Part shown: piece by piece, positions 19,476 through 27,894 of the stretch
How the letters are laid out: every line of letters begins with the position of its first letter
Position numbering within the stretch: the stretch's first letter is position 1
NCBI GenBank assembly: GCA_035260845.1
Contig: DATFUL010000008.1
Coordinates: forward strand, 5,709 to 69,708
Reading direction: 5' to 3'
DNA length: 64,000 bases
DNA from: Patescibacteria group bacterium
GTDB taxonomy: Bacteria > Patescibacteriota > Microgenomatia > UBA8517
The notes under the pieces: model-generated
What the model was told of the DNA's origin: nothing
Databases searched by the model: none
Seen by the model: the letters and a program-made list of their open reading frames with translations, nothing else
Position numbers and translations under genes: made by a program

Positions 19476-19585
19476 ATTTTTCGACGCAAAATTCGCCTCC
19501 TTCGATTCCGCTTCCTTAAGCGGTTTCTTATGAGGTAAAAGTACGGTGAGGCTTTATTATATAGTATATGACGCTCCTCAGGCAA
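19476..19585 (-). promoter_or_regulatory. sigma70 promoter and structured 5' leader of the ABC exporter
   Basis: TTGCCT-18 nt-TATAAT, then GCCTC...GAGGC stem enclosing a CCGCTT/AAGCGG hairpin. Confidence 0.5.
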
Positions 19586-19609
19586 GTCTTTAAGCGAAAA
19601 TAAAGTAAG

Positions 19610-19711
19610 TCTGGTATATGATTCTCCTCGGACAGGCCCTCGGCAGGCGCCTAAGCAAGAATCATATTCCAGGTTCAATTCATCCGTGAATAAATTCACG
19701 GTCTTCTTGAA
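19610..19711. repeat. Structured palindromic element, copy B
   Basis: CTGGTATATGATTCT/AGAATCATATTCCAG stem, GCGCCTAA, TTCAATTCATC-hairpin-TTCTTGAA. Confidence 0.65.
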
Positions 19712-19748
19712 AATCTGGTATAATATCAGTACTTTCAAACAACTTTCC

Positions 19749-20645
19749 ATGCGGAAACTAATCTACCCTTTACTTTTAGTGCTTTTGAGCCTGGTCTTTG
19801 TGGCTCCAGGGCATGTTTTAGCTAAAACCACACCTAGCACAAGTCCATTGCCATCAGCCTCCGCAAGCGCCACAGTTGTAGCTACCGCAACACCAACAAC
19901 CGTGCCAGACATTACTCGAAAGAGTGAGGAAACTTTAGGCCCCTTGGAGACTCTAATGATGTCGCAACAATTGACCTCAGTCTGGCCATATAACCCCATT
20001 AAATATGCAATTAGAGGAGCAGTAGGTTCAGGAGTTCCGGTGAACACAATAGTACTCTTACTTCTTTTGCCAATAATGACTTTTGTTATTGCCTTTACCA
20101 GGAACGTCGTTGGTATCCGGGGATTTGGAATTTTTCTGCCAGCAGCCTTATCCGTGGTATTTGTAGCCACCGGGCCAATTGTTGGAATTGGACTCTTCCT
20201 TATAATCGTTGTTGTTTCGACCATCTTTAGGCTGATTCTTAGAACACTCAAGATTAAGCTTCAATATTTGCCAAGAATGGCACTTATTCTTTGGGGAGTT
20301 GTTCTTGGAGTCTTGGGAGCACTATTCTTGGCTCCTTACCTAAAGTTTTCGGCTCTTTCCAATGTTTCTATATTTGCAGTTTTAATTCTTATTCTTCTTT
20401 CGGAAGATTTTACCCGCGTCCAGCTTGGGAAAAGTGCTAAAACAGCCGTAAGTCTTACTTTTCAAACCCTTGTGCTTTCACTGATATCTTTCTTCTTTTT
20501 GACCCTAAAGCCTTTGCAGGAGTATGTGTTACTCAACCCCGAAATTTCTTTGATTGGTGTAGCTATTCTTGATCTTGCCCTTGGTAAATATACAGGACTC
20601 CGGGTTATGGAATTCTACAGGTTTAGGAAATTAATTCAGTCATAA
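19749..20645 (+). CDS. 7TM-domain membrane protein (type found with inactive transglutaminase and ATP-grasp genes)
   Basis: LLLLP..FTRNVVGIRGFGIFLP, LPRMA, LGKYTGLRVMEFYRF; directly upstream of an ATP-grasp gene. Confidence 0.85.
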   Translation: MRKLIYPLLLVLLSLVFVAPGHVLAKTTPSTSPLPSASASATVVATATPTTVPDITRKSEETLGPLETLMMSQQLTSVWPYNPIKYAIRGAVGSGVPVNTIVLLLLLPIMTFVIAFTRNVVGIRGFGIFLPAALSVVFVATGPIVGIGLFLIIVVVSTIFRLILRTLKIKLQYLPRMALILWGVVLGVLGALFLAPYLKFSALSNVSIFAVLILILLSEDFTRVQLGKSAKTAVSLTFQTLVLSLISFFFLTLKPLQEYVLLNPEISLIGVAILDLALGKYTGLRVMEFYRFRKLIQS

Positions 20646-20651
20646 TTTACA

Positions 20652-21968
20652 ATGAAGATATCTTCAATTTTAGGCTTAAATGCAAGAAGTCAGTTATTTG
20701 CTTACCGCTATAATAGTCGGCGTGGTAAAAACATTGCTGACAGTAAGTTGCAAACCGCCGGGGTCCTAAAGCGCGCTGGTGTACTTCACCCAAAAATATA
20801 TAAGATTCTTAGGGACCCAACTGGAATTACAACTTTTGACTGGAATAGTTTACCCGATAGATTTGCACTTAAACCCAGCCGGGGATTAGGTGGAGAAGGC
20901 ATTATTGTTGTTAAAAAGAAGCTTAAAGATGGAGGATGGCTAACAACTCAAAAAGAAAAAGTCACTATTAGCGATCTCAAACTTCATTCACTAGATATTT
21001 TGGAAGGCGCTTATTCAATGGGCAACGTACCTGATGTAGCATTTGTGCAGGAGTATGTGGGTAGGCATCCGGTTTTTAGGCGCTACGCTTACCGCGGAAC
21101 TCCCGATATCCGCATTATTATTTTTAATAAAGTTCCTGTTATGGCCATGCTTCGCTTGCCAACAAAAGAGTCCGGTGGCCGTGCCAATTTGCATCAAGGA
21201 GCGGTTGGAGTTGGGGTTGATATTGCAACAGGAATCACAACTAAGGCTATATGGCATGGGAATCAAATTGTATTCAAACCCGGTACAAATAGAAAACTTA
21301 GAGGAATAAAAATACCCAATTGGAATCAGATTCTTGAAACTGCAGTGAATACTCAAATAGCCTCGCACTTAGGCTATATAGGCGTCGACATTGTTCTACA
21401 TCCAGATAAAGGGCCAATGGTTCTTGAAATGAATGCTCAGCCCGGGCTTCAGATTCAACTCGCTAATATGGAGGGCTTAAGGCGTAGACTTGAACGTATT
21501 GATGACCTTGAAGTACGTGACGCTGAACATGGAGTTAAGATTGCTAAAGCCTTGTTTGCAGGCCGCTTCGCTGATCGCGCAGCCGCAATTGAAGGAATTA
21601 GAACAATCAAAGCAGTTGAGGAGGTTAAGGTTTTATCATCCGATTTAAAGCGCATCCCTGTTTTAGCCAAAATTGATACTGGTGCCTGGAGCAGTGCGAT
21701 TGATAAAAAATTTGCCAAGGAAATCGGAATCCTGGATAAAAGTAAGATACTTTGGTATAAACGTAAACTTAGTGCATTAGGTGAGGAAGAGCGTCCTGTT
21801 ATTCCGGTAACTTTTTGGATTGCGGGCCGAAAGATTAAAACTGACATGACGGTAGCCGATCGCAAACTTCTTAGATACCAAATACTTATTGGCCGCGAAG
21901 ATTTGCAGGGGTTCTTGGTAAGCCCTGAGATAGATATGGAAAATTTAAGGGAGGCTAAGTGGAAGTAA
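20652..21968 (+). CDS. Alpha-L-glutamate ligase-like ATP-grasp protein fused to a retropepsin-like (RimB-type) protease domain
   Basis: ILGLNAR, AMLRLPT..SGGRANLHQGAVGVGVD, VLEMNAQPGL; C-terminal AKIDTGA...ILIGR. Confidence 0.9.
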   Translation: MKISSILGLNARSQLFAYRYNSRRGKNIADSKLQTAGVLKRAGVLHPKIYKILRDPTGITTFDWNSLPDRFALKPSRGLGGEGIIVVKKKLKDGGWLTTQKEKVTISDLKLHSLDILEGAYSMGNVPDVAFVQEYVGRHPVFRRYAYRGTPDIRIIIFNKVPVMAMLRLPTKESGGRANLHQGAVGVGVDIATGITTKAIWHGNQIVFKPGTNRKLRGIKIPNWNQILETAVNTQIASHLGYIGVDIVLHPDKGPMVLEMNAQPGLQIQLANMEGLRRRLERIDDLEVRDAEHGVKIAKALFAGRFADRAAAIEGIRTIKAVEEVKVLSSDLKRIPVLAKIDTGAWSSAIDKKFAKEIGILDKSKILWYKRKLSALGEEERPVIPVTFWIAGRKIKTDMTVADRKLLRYQILIGREDLQGFLVSPEIDMENLREAKWK

Positions 21969-21972
21969 CCCC

Positions 21973-22866
21973 ATGAAGAAGATTTTGATTCTCACTAGTG
22001 GCAAGAAGAAAAAACTTACACCTTTTAAGTTGTCTCTCCGAAATCTCCAAATAGACTTAACTACGGCCTCATTCAACGATGTCTATTCTGATTCAGTAAG
22101 CGGCGACCTTTTACTTAAGAAAGGCCCAGCTATTTCTAGATTTGAAATAATTTACTTTAGATTAGTTGGGAAGAGCCTGGAAACTGCCTTACTCGTTGCT
22201 GCTTATGCCAAGAAAAATGGAATACAAATTGTAGACAAAATATACGAAAATGCCCAAGTTCTGCCCATTACTCAAAGTAAGATTAAGGAAATGCAGGCTT
22301 TGAAAGATGCTAAAATCACAATCCCTAAAACTATTTTTGGATCTTTGGATCAAATTGCCCAAAAAGGTCCCACTGTTTTTAGGTTCCCCTTTGTAATTAA
22401 AAGTTCAACAGGGAGCCGCGGTCGTGAAGTATATAGCCCAAATAATACTACGGAACTTAAGTCACTCATTACAGTTCTTTCCAAAGAAGAAAAATTAGGT
22501 AAACAATTTTTTGCCCAGGAGTTTGTACCAACTACAAAAAGAATTAGGGTACTTATTGTTGGCGGCCAAATAATTGGTTCCATTGTCCAACTCACTAAGT
22601 GGAGAAAAAGAGTAACAGGTTATATGCCACAAGAAGACGAAAAAAAGATAGACAAATTTACTCCAACTATTGAAATGCAAAACTTGGCGAAGTTGGCTGT
22701 TGTTGCCGTTGGAATTGACATTGCTGGAGTTGATATTTTAGTTAACGAACAGACTGGTCAGAGTCTTGTTATCGAAGTTAATGCAGCGCCCAGTTGGAAG
22801 CTTATTAAAAAATACTGCAAAGTAAATGTTGAATATGAAATCCTTAAATTTATTGCAAAGATCTAA
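21973..22866 (+). CDS. RimK-family ATP-grasp ligase
   Basis: IPKT, FPFVIKSSTGSRGREV, AQEFV, IAGVDIL, IEVNAAP. Confidence 0.9.
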   Translation: MKKILILTSGKKKKLTPFKLSLRNLQIDLTTASFNDVYSDSVSGDLLLKKGPAISRFEIIYFRLVGKSLETALLVAAYAKKNGIQIVDKIYENAQVLPITQSKIKEMQALKDAKITIPKTIFGSLDQIAQKGPTVFRFPFVIKSSTGSRGREVYSPNNTTELKSLITVLSKEEKLGKQFFAQEFVPTTKRIRVLIVGGQIIGSIVQLTKWRKRVTGYMPQEDEKKIDKFTPTIEMQNLAKLAVVAVGIDIAGVDILVNEQTGQSLVIEVNAAPSWKLIKKYCKVNVEYEILKFIAKI

Positions 22867-22870
22867 ATCA

Positions 22871-23485
22871 ATGAAAAGCAAAAGCGAAAGCTTATATCAA
22901 AATAAATTCCATAAGTTTGGGTTTAGTCCAAAATCTCTTTTATGGAAAACCCCTGGCGCTGCACACCAAAGGTTCAGGCAGTTTTGGGCCGAGATTGATT
23001 TTACAAATAAAAAAGTTCTTGATATCGGCTGCGGATTTGGGGAGTTTGGTAAATTTATTTTGAAAAGATATAAGGGAGTTACATATACCGGTATTGATAT
23101 AAACTCTGATTTTATTGAAACCGCAAAGAGGGAAGTTCCGGATGGGAAGTTTATTAATGCTGATTTTTTGAAAGAAAAAGTAAATGGTACTTATGACATC
23201 GTCATTGCTAGTGGGGTCTTAAATTCGAACATGGGAAGTCAAAACCTAACCTTTCGAAAAAAAGCAATCAAAAAAATGTTTTCACTAACTAAAAATATTT
23301 TGGCATTCAATATGTTAGGTGGTCACCCGACCCAAATAAGCAAAAAAGGGAGTAATGTTTGGTATTCAGATAGCCTTGTTATCCTTGATTTTTGTATGAG
23401 TTTAACCCGCCGTGTGGTTTTGCGTACCAATTACCACCCTAAAGACTTTACAATAATAATGTACAAAGTTAAGTCTTCAGGATAA
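22871..23485 (+). CDS. Class I SAM-dependent methyltransferase
   Basis: VLDIGCGFG, YTGIDIN, YDIVIASGVLN. Confidence 0.9.
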   Translation: MKSKSESLYQNKFHKFGFSPKSLLWKTPGAAHQRFRQFWAEIDFTNKKVLDIGCGFGEFGKFILKRYKGVTYTGIDINSDFIETAKREVPDGKFINADFLKEKVNGTYDIVIASGVLNSNMGSQNLTFRKKAIKKMFSLTKNILAFNMLGGHPTQISKKGSNVWYSDSLVILDFCMSLTRRVVLRTNYHPKDFTIIMYKVKSSG

Positions 23486-23491
23486 ATATAT

Positions 23492-24421
23492 ATGAAAAAA
23501 ATTTTAGTACTAGCCGCTAAAAGAAGTGAAAATAAAGAAAAGCTAATTGCTTTCCTCCAAAGATATTTTGATAAAAAAGCAGAAGTTGTTTTAGGTATTT
23601 TCTCTGATGTAATATTCCAAATTGAAGGCGGTAAAATCCTCGTCGAAATTGATGGCCGTAATATTAATGATTTTGATTTAGTCTATTTTAGAAACACCTC
23701 CGGTTTCCAAGCAATGGCTGCAACCCTTTCGATTTATTTGGAAAGCACAGGGGTTAAATTTTTTGATAAATCTCATATTAGCGGCAGTTTTATGGGCGAT
23801 AAATTTACATCCCTTATGCGTTTAGCTGTAAACGGTTTGCCAATTGTTCCATCTTTTCTTTGTTGGAAGGGAGCAATTAAAAAAACCAAAAAAAGAATTG
23901 CTAAGGAATTTGGGTTTCCCATTGTTGCTAAAGAAGTTACAACTCAAAGAATGCAAAGTGTTTTCTTACTTAAATCATTACGTGATTTTGACAAATTACC
24001 GGACAAAACCGGACATGGTAACAATGCACGTTACTTGTTCCAAAAATTTATAACCTTCGATAAAGAATTTAGGATTTTAGTATTGGGTGAGAAAATTGGA
24101 ATAATTCATACAAAAACAGTGAGGGATAATACCGGTTTCCAAGTTGGGTATAACGATATGACTGAATACCCCAAGTTTTTAAGACCGGAAGAAATATCTA
24201 GTGTTATTAAAGAGACAGCAGTTAAAGCTGCAAAAGTTCTTAAAATTCAAATTGCCGGAGTAGACATTTGTAGGGAAGAGGCAACTGGCAAGACTTTTGT
24301 CTTTGAAGTAAATCGTGGCCCGGGACTCGAATACGACACAGCCGTTTCACAGGAGATGCCAAAGATCGCAGAATTCTTTGCTTATGAGCTTGGTATTAAA
24401 TTGCCGAAAAATAGGAGTTAA
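23492..24421 (+). CDS. RimK-family ATP-grasp ligase
   Basis: DKF, GFPIVAK, FQKFI..EFRILV, IAGVDI, FEVNRGPG. Confidence 0.88.
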   Translation: MKKILVLAAKRSENKEKLIAFLQRYFDKKAEVVLGIFSDVIFQIEGGKILVEIDGRNINDFDLVYFRNTSGFQAMAATLSIYLESTGVKFFDKSHISGSFMGDKFTSLMRLAVNGLPIVPSFLCWKGAIKKTKKRIAKEFGFPIVAKEVTTQRMQSVFLLKSLRDFDKLPDKTGHGNNARYLFQKFITFDKEFRILVLGEKIGIIHTKTVRDNTGFQVGYNDMTEYPKFLRPEEISSVIKETAVKAAKVLKIQIAGVDICREEATGKTFVFEVNRGPGLEYDTAVSQEMPKIAEFFAYELGIKLPKNRS

Positions 24422-24515
24422 ATAATATCATTGGATACTTTCATTACTCTCCAAAGTGTGAAAATATTAAGTATTTCACGAACCAAACAAAATACGAAGA
24501 TAATTTTTGATTCCA

Positions 24516-24584
24516 CCCCAGACATGCTTATCTTTCGCCTTCAGGTACTATTCGTACACGGCTCAAGATGTGCTTATGTCGGGG
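24516..24584 (-). other. Intergenic 69-nt hairpin with tandem GA/GA mismatch
   Basis: CCCC-GACAU..AUCUU-GA-GCC..GUAC-loop-GUAC..GGC-GA-AAGAU..AUGUC-GGGG on the minus strand. Confidence 0.5.
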
Positions 24585-24589
24585 CGCAC

Positions 24590-24617
24590 AAAAAATCCCG
24601 CAATTTCTTACGGGATC
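24590..24617 (-). terminator. Intrinsic terminator of rplJL
   Basis: ATCCCGTAA/TTGCGGGAT stem followed by a T-run on the minus strand, downstream of rplL. Confidence 0.65.
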
Positions 24618-24680
24618 ATTTGAAGTCACTTAAATATATTATTCAAACTTTGCGTTAGCAAAGCAGTGAACAAGCTGTGC

Positions 24681-25064
24681 TTATTTAAGTTCGACTGTTG
24701 CACCTGCAGCTTTAAGTTTGTCTGCTGCATTTTTAACCTCATCAGGTTTTGCATCTTTCAAAACTTCTGCTGGAACTGCTTCTGTCATTCCTTTTGCATC
24801 CATTAGAGTTAAATTTGGATTTATCTCTCTTAGAGCTTTGATGACATTAATTTTTTGGTCGCCTGCAGCTGTCATTACAACTGTTTGGTTTCCACCTGCG
24901 GCTTCCGCTGCTGGAGCTTCTCCTGCTGCGGCTGCTGGTGCGGCTGCTGCCATAGGCATAGCTGTAACACCAAGTTTATCTTGAAGTGCGGTAACAAGTT
25001 CTGATAACTCAAGAACTGTTAACTTTGAAACTTCTTCTACTAAATCATTTACTTTATTTGCCAT
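24681..25064 (-). CDS. rplL: 50S ribosomal protein bL12
   Basis: LTVLELSELV, Ala-rich hinge, KINVIKALR, LKAAGATVELK. Confidence 0.97.
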   Translation of the reverse strand: MANKVNDLVEEVSKLTVLELSELVTALQDKLGVTAMPMAAAAPAAAAGEAPAAEAAGGNQTVVMTAAGDQKINVIKALREINPNLTLMDAKGMTEAVPAEVLKDAKPDEVKNAADKLKAAGATVELK

Positions 25065-25591
25065 TAAGTTTCACCCCCTTCAGATTTTGCTTTCAAAATA
25101 TATACTAACTTTTGTAAATTTCCTTGTAAGGTTGCGACTAATCCATATTCAGATGCAAGTAAAGCTCCAAGAAGCTGACCTAAAAGAACATCTCGGCCCG
25201 GAAGAGTGGAAAGCTTGCTAAGAGCTGCACTATCTTGAAAAGTTCCTTCAACTACTCCTACTTTAAATTTAGGGAGTTCATTTTCTTTAGCAAATTTACC
25301 TAAAACTTGAATTGGAGCAATTGCGTCCTCATCTGCTATAACTATTGCAGTTTGGCCTGAAAGAATTTCGTCAGTAGCCATTTGATCATCCAATTTGGCT
25401 GATTCAATTGCGCGCTTAAGAAGTGTGTTTTTAACAACAACCATGCGTCCATTTACTTCTTTAAGTTTGCCTTTTAATTCTTGCTGAGCTTTAACGTTTA
25501 AGCCTGTGTAGTTGACCAAAACTAAAGACTTAGCGTTTTTGAGTTCGCCAGTTAAATCGTCTACTAATGTAACTTTTTGTGCCTTTAACAT
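25064..25591 (-). CDS. rplJ: 50S ribosomal protein uL10
   Basis: NYTGLNV, VVKNTLLKRA, LSTLPGR; upstream of rplL. Confidence 0.96.
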   Translation of the reverse strand: MLKAQKVTLVDDLTGELKNAKSLVLVNYTGLNVKAQQELKGKLKEVNGRMVVVKNTLLKRAIESAKLDDQMATDEILSGQTAIVIADEDAIAPIQVLGKFAKENELPKFKVGVVEGTFQDSAALSKLSTLPGRDVLLGQLLGALLASEYGLVATLQGNLQKLVYILKAKSEGGET

Positions 25592-25600
25592 TTTTTGTGA

Positions 25601-25681
25601 ACCTAAGATAGGGGAAAAGAAGCTAAAAACTGTAGTTTCTTCCTCCGGAGCGACTTATCTTTTATGCGCACCTTCTTAGGA
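25601..25681 (-). promoter_or_regulatory. Probable L10 autoregulatory leader
   Basis: CCTAAGA...TCTTAGG stem enclosing further pairings, between a TAGAAT -10 and the rplJ ATG. Confidence 0.5.
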
Positions 25682-25732
25682 CTAACGGTATTCTAACACT
25701 CTAAACGGATAAAATCCAGCCTAAAAATTAGA

Positions 25733-25951
25733 CTAGTTTCCGCTTGGCTTTAATGTTCTTTCAAGATCAGTTCCACCCGTTGGAGTACCTGACTGCTTTT
25801 TCTTTTTTGCTTCCTCTTCCAGTTTTCTTTCTAAATCAACATTTCCAGTTGGGGTTCCACCGGGCTTTTTATTATCAATAACCCTTGTAAGATCCACCTT
25901 TCCCGTACCTGTACCCGTACTTACTTTGTTTTCGAATTCATTTTTATCCAT
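25733..25951 (-). CDS. Small protein with three GTxTGxxDLxR repeats
   Basis: 72-aa ORF whose repeats are conserved at protein level; TAAACT -10 lies 6 nt before the ATG. Confidence 0.75.
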   Translation of the reverse strand: MDKNEFENKVSTGTGTGKVDLTRVIDNKKPGGTPTGNVDLERKLEEEAKKKKQSGTPTGGTDLERTLKPSGN

Positions 25952-25978
25952 GGCTTTAGTTTATATTTTTTACTAATT

Positions 25979-26773
25979 TTAAGCAACTTGAATCTTGACT
26001 GAAGGGCTCATTGTGGATTTGATAAACACTCTAACTATTTGTTTTGCCCCTCCCAAGGCTTTAAGTACTGCTTCTGTATTTTCTATGATTTCTTCGTCTT
26101 TTTGGCTATTTTTACCAACTACGGTATGAATAAGTGGGGCTTCTTTTTCTGTTTTCAAAGTTACTGAACCTGCGCCATATGCCTTGGCTTTTTTAAGGTC
26201 GGCAACAAGTGTTCCATTTTTAGGATTTGGCATTAAGCCTTTTGGACCCAAAAGTCTGGCAAAAGGAACCAACTTTGGCATCATGTCTGCGGTTGATACT
26301 AAAATATCAAAGTCAACTTTACCTGCTTGAAGTTTTTTAACAGTATCTTCATCTGCAATTTCTACTTTCTTCTGTCTTCCTGCTTGGAAGGGAAGTGCTA
26401 CTTGGGTTACTGTGCCTGTCTTTTTAACAACTATATGGAGTTCCATTGTACCGTCGAATTTTGAATATGAAGCACTTTTAACCAATTTTACGGCTTCGCT
26501 CACTTTGTATGATTTTTCGCGGTCAAATTTAGCCTTGGCTTCTATATATTTTTTGCCACGAACCTTTTCAATTATCTTTTTATCTGTTGTTTTCTTGGCA
26601 CCCTCATCAATAATTGGAGCTTCTTCCGTTACGGCTGCATCAACAACTTTTACGCGTTGACCACCTTTTAAGCCTGCAACATGAACTTTTGACTCATCTG
26701 CTTTGTGAGCTTGATCCTGCTTTTTCTTGTTTTTGTTTTCTTCGCCTACCAAGGCTGTTTTCATTTTTCCCAT
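25979..26773 (-). CDS. rplA: 50S ribosomal protein uL1 with N-terminal extension
   Basis: KFDGTMELH, RLLGPKGLMPNPKNGT, STMSPSVK. Confidence 0.97.
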   Translation of the reverse strand: MGKMKTALVGEENKNKKKQDQAHKADESKVHVAGLKGGQRVKVVDAAVTEEAPIIDEGAKKTTDKKIIEKVRGKKYIEAKAKFDREKSYKVSEAVKLVKSASYSKFDGTMELHIVVKKTGTVTQVALPFQAGRQKKVEIADEDTVKKLQAGKVDFDILVSTADMMPKLVPFARLLGPKGLMPNPKNGTLVADLKKAKAYGAGSVTLKTEKEAPLIHTVVGKNSQKDEEIIENTEAVLKALGGAKQIVRVFIKSTMSPSVKIQVA

Positions 26774-26784
26774 AATATTCTTAA

Positions 26785-26850
26785 TGTTATATAAAATTCA
26801 TCTTTAGAGATTCTTTGAATCGTTTAATCCCTCCTGACAGAATTTTATAT
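26785..26850 (-). promoter_or_regulatory. Probable uL1-binding mRNA site upstream of rplA
   Basis: Minus-strand stem TATAAAATTC/GAATTTTATA enclosing AGGAG-GGATT...AATCT-CTAAA, resembling the GGAG/AAA asymmetric loop of L1 sites. Confidence 0.55.
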
Positions 26851-26857
26851 TATTTTC

Positions 26858-27280
26858 TTATTCTGTTTTAACTCCCATTGAACGAGCTGTTCCTGCAACT
26901 ATTTTCATAGCAGCTTCAACGTCTTTAGTATTTAAGTCGTCTAATTTGTCTTCTGCAATTTGTCTTAATTGAGCTTGGGTTAGGGTTCCGGCGGTTTCCC
27001 TTGGGGCTTTGCCTGAACCTTTTTCTATACCTAAAACCTTCTTGATCATGTCGGCAACTGGGGCTTTTTTGATAATAAACTCGAAACTACGATCCTCGTA
27101 AATTGTGATTACGGCTGGGGCGACCTGGCCCTTCATGTCTTTAGTTTTATCGTTGTACTGCTTAACAAACTCCATAATGGCAACGCCGTGTTGTCCAAGC
27201 GCGGTTCCAACTGGAGGAGCAGGGGTGGCCTCAGCCGCCTTAAGATTGATTTTAACTATTGTTTTTACTTTTTTCGCCAT
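26858..27280 (-). CDS. rplK: 50S ribosomal protein uL11
   Basis: [26 protein letters not shown]; start at MAKKVK. Confidence 0.97.
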   Translation of the reverse strand: MAKKVKTIVKINLKAAEATPAPPVGTALGQHGVAIMEFVKQYNDKTKDMKGQVAPAVITIYEDRSFEFIIKKAPVADMIKKVLGIEKGSGKAPRETAGTLTQAQLRQIAEDKLDDLNTKDVEAAMKIVAGTARSMGVKTE

Positions 27281-27355
27281 TCTATTTGGGTACGCAAACG
27301 AAGCTTTTTTGGAAGTTTCGACTTGCGTCTGCCACCTGAATTTCAAGTGGTAAGG
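27281..27355 (-). promoter_or_regulatory. Structured rplK leader
   Basis: Two hairpins (CCACTTGAA/TTCAGGTGG and ACGCAA/TTGCGT followed by ACCC) downstream of TGCTACAAT. Confidence 0.45.
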
Positions 27356-27409
27356 CTATTGTAGCAAATCAAGATTGATTATTCAATATTAAACATATAT
27401 TATCCTGTT

Positions 27410-27676
27410 ATGGCTAAAGGAGAGTTTATCAATGTAAATAAAGTGGGCCCGGGCGATACCCTGCAAATTCGAACTTTTGGGCAGAAACCCAAACTACTTG
27501 AAGTTTTAAAAGTGGAGGCATATGGGGTTAAAAAACCTCGAGATCCGCTTGCAAGTACATTAATTCAAGTCTTCCTTCCAAAGGAGGGTGTCTATGGTAA
27601 GATATTAAGACCAAATAAGAGTAAGATAAGTCGTATATCAACAGTCGATAGTGACGGAAATATTAAGTACCCCTAA
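27410..27676 (+). CDS. Hypothetical protein
   Basis: 88-aa ORF antisense within the nusG-rplK interval. Confidence 0.6.
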   Translation: MAKGEFINVNKVGPGDTLQIRTFGQKPKLLEVLKVEAYGVKKPRDPLASTLIQVFLPKEGVYGKILRPNKSKISRISTVDSDGNIKYP

Positions 27677-27684
27677 ACATTAAA

Positions 27685-27894
27685 GTGGCACAAGATAAAA
27701 ACGAACAAGACACTGGCTTTCATGAAGTAACATCGCCTGGATCGTTTGATGTTACAGACGACAGCACAGAAATGCTTCAAAGGGTAACGAAAGAAACCGG
27801 AACTGAACTGAGTATTAAAAGAAATAAGGAAGGTAGGCTAATCGCTAAAATTGTGGCTATAGCTGTGAAACCTGCGAAAAAGAAAAGTATTTAA
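27685..27894 (+). CDS. Hypothetical protein
   Basis: 69-aa GTG-start ORF with 4-bp stop overlap with nusG. Confidence 0.55.
   Translation: MAQDKNEQDTGFHEVTSPGSFDVTDDSTEMLQRVTKETGTELSIKRNKEGRLIAKIVAIAVKPAKKKSI

Noticed and set aside
19460-19750. 96-aa minus-strand ORF; similarly 24431-24658, 17493-17678, 40811-40996 and 41261-41672
   Set aside because: These run across structured elements, repeats, tRNAs or the 6S RNA and show no protein-like features
24516-24584. Possible SRP (4.5S) RNA
   Set aside because: Has TCAGG but lacks the GNRA tetraloop and AGCAG of domain IV
25662-25672. Exact XerC-arm sequence GGTGCGCATAA on the minus strand
   Set aside because: No XerD arm at 6-nt spacing, and it lies within the rplJ leader, so it is probably chance
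26765-26792. dif-like 11-6-11 pattern TTTTCCCATAA TATTCT TAATGTTATAT
   Set aside because: Overlaps the rplA start codon and leader; an AT-rich partial match is easily coincidental
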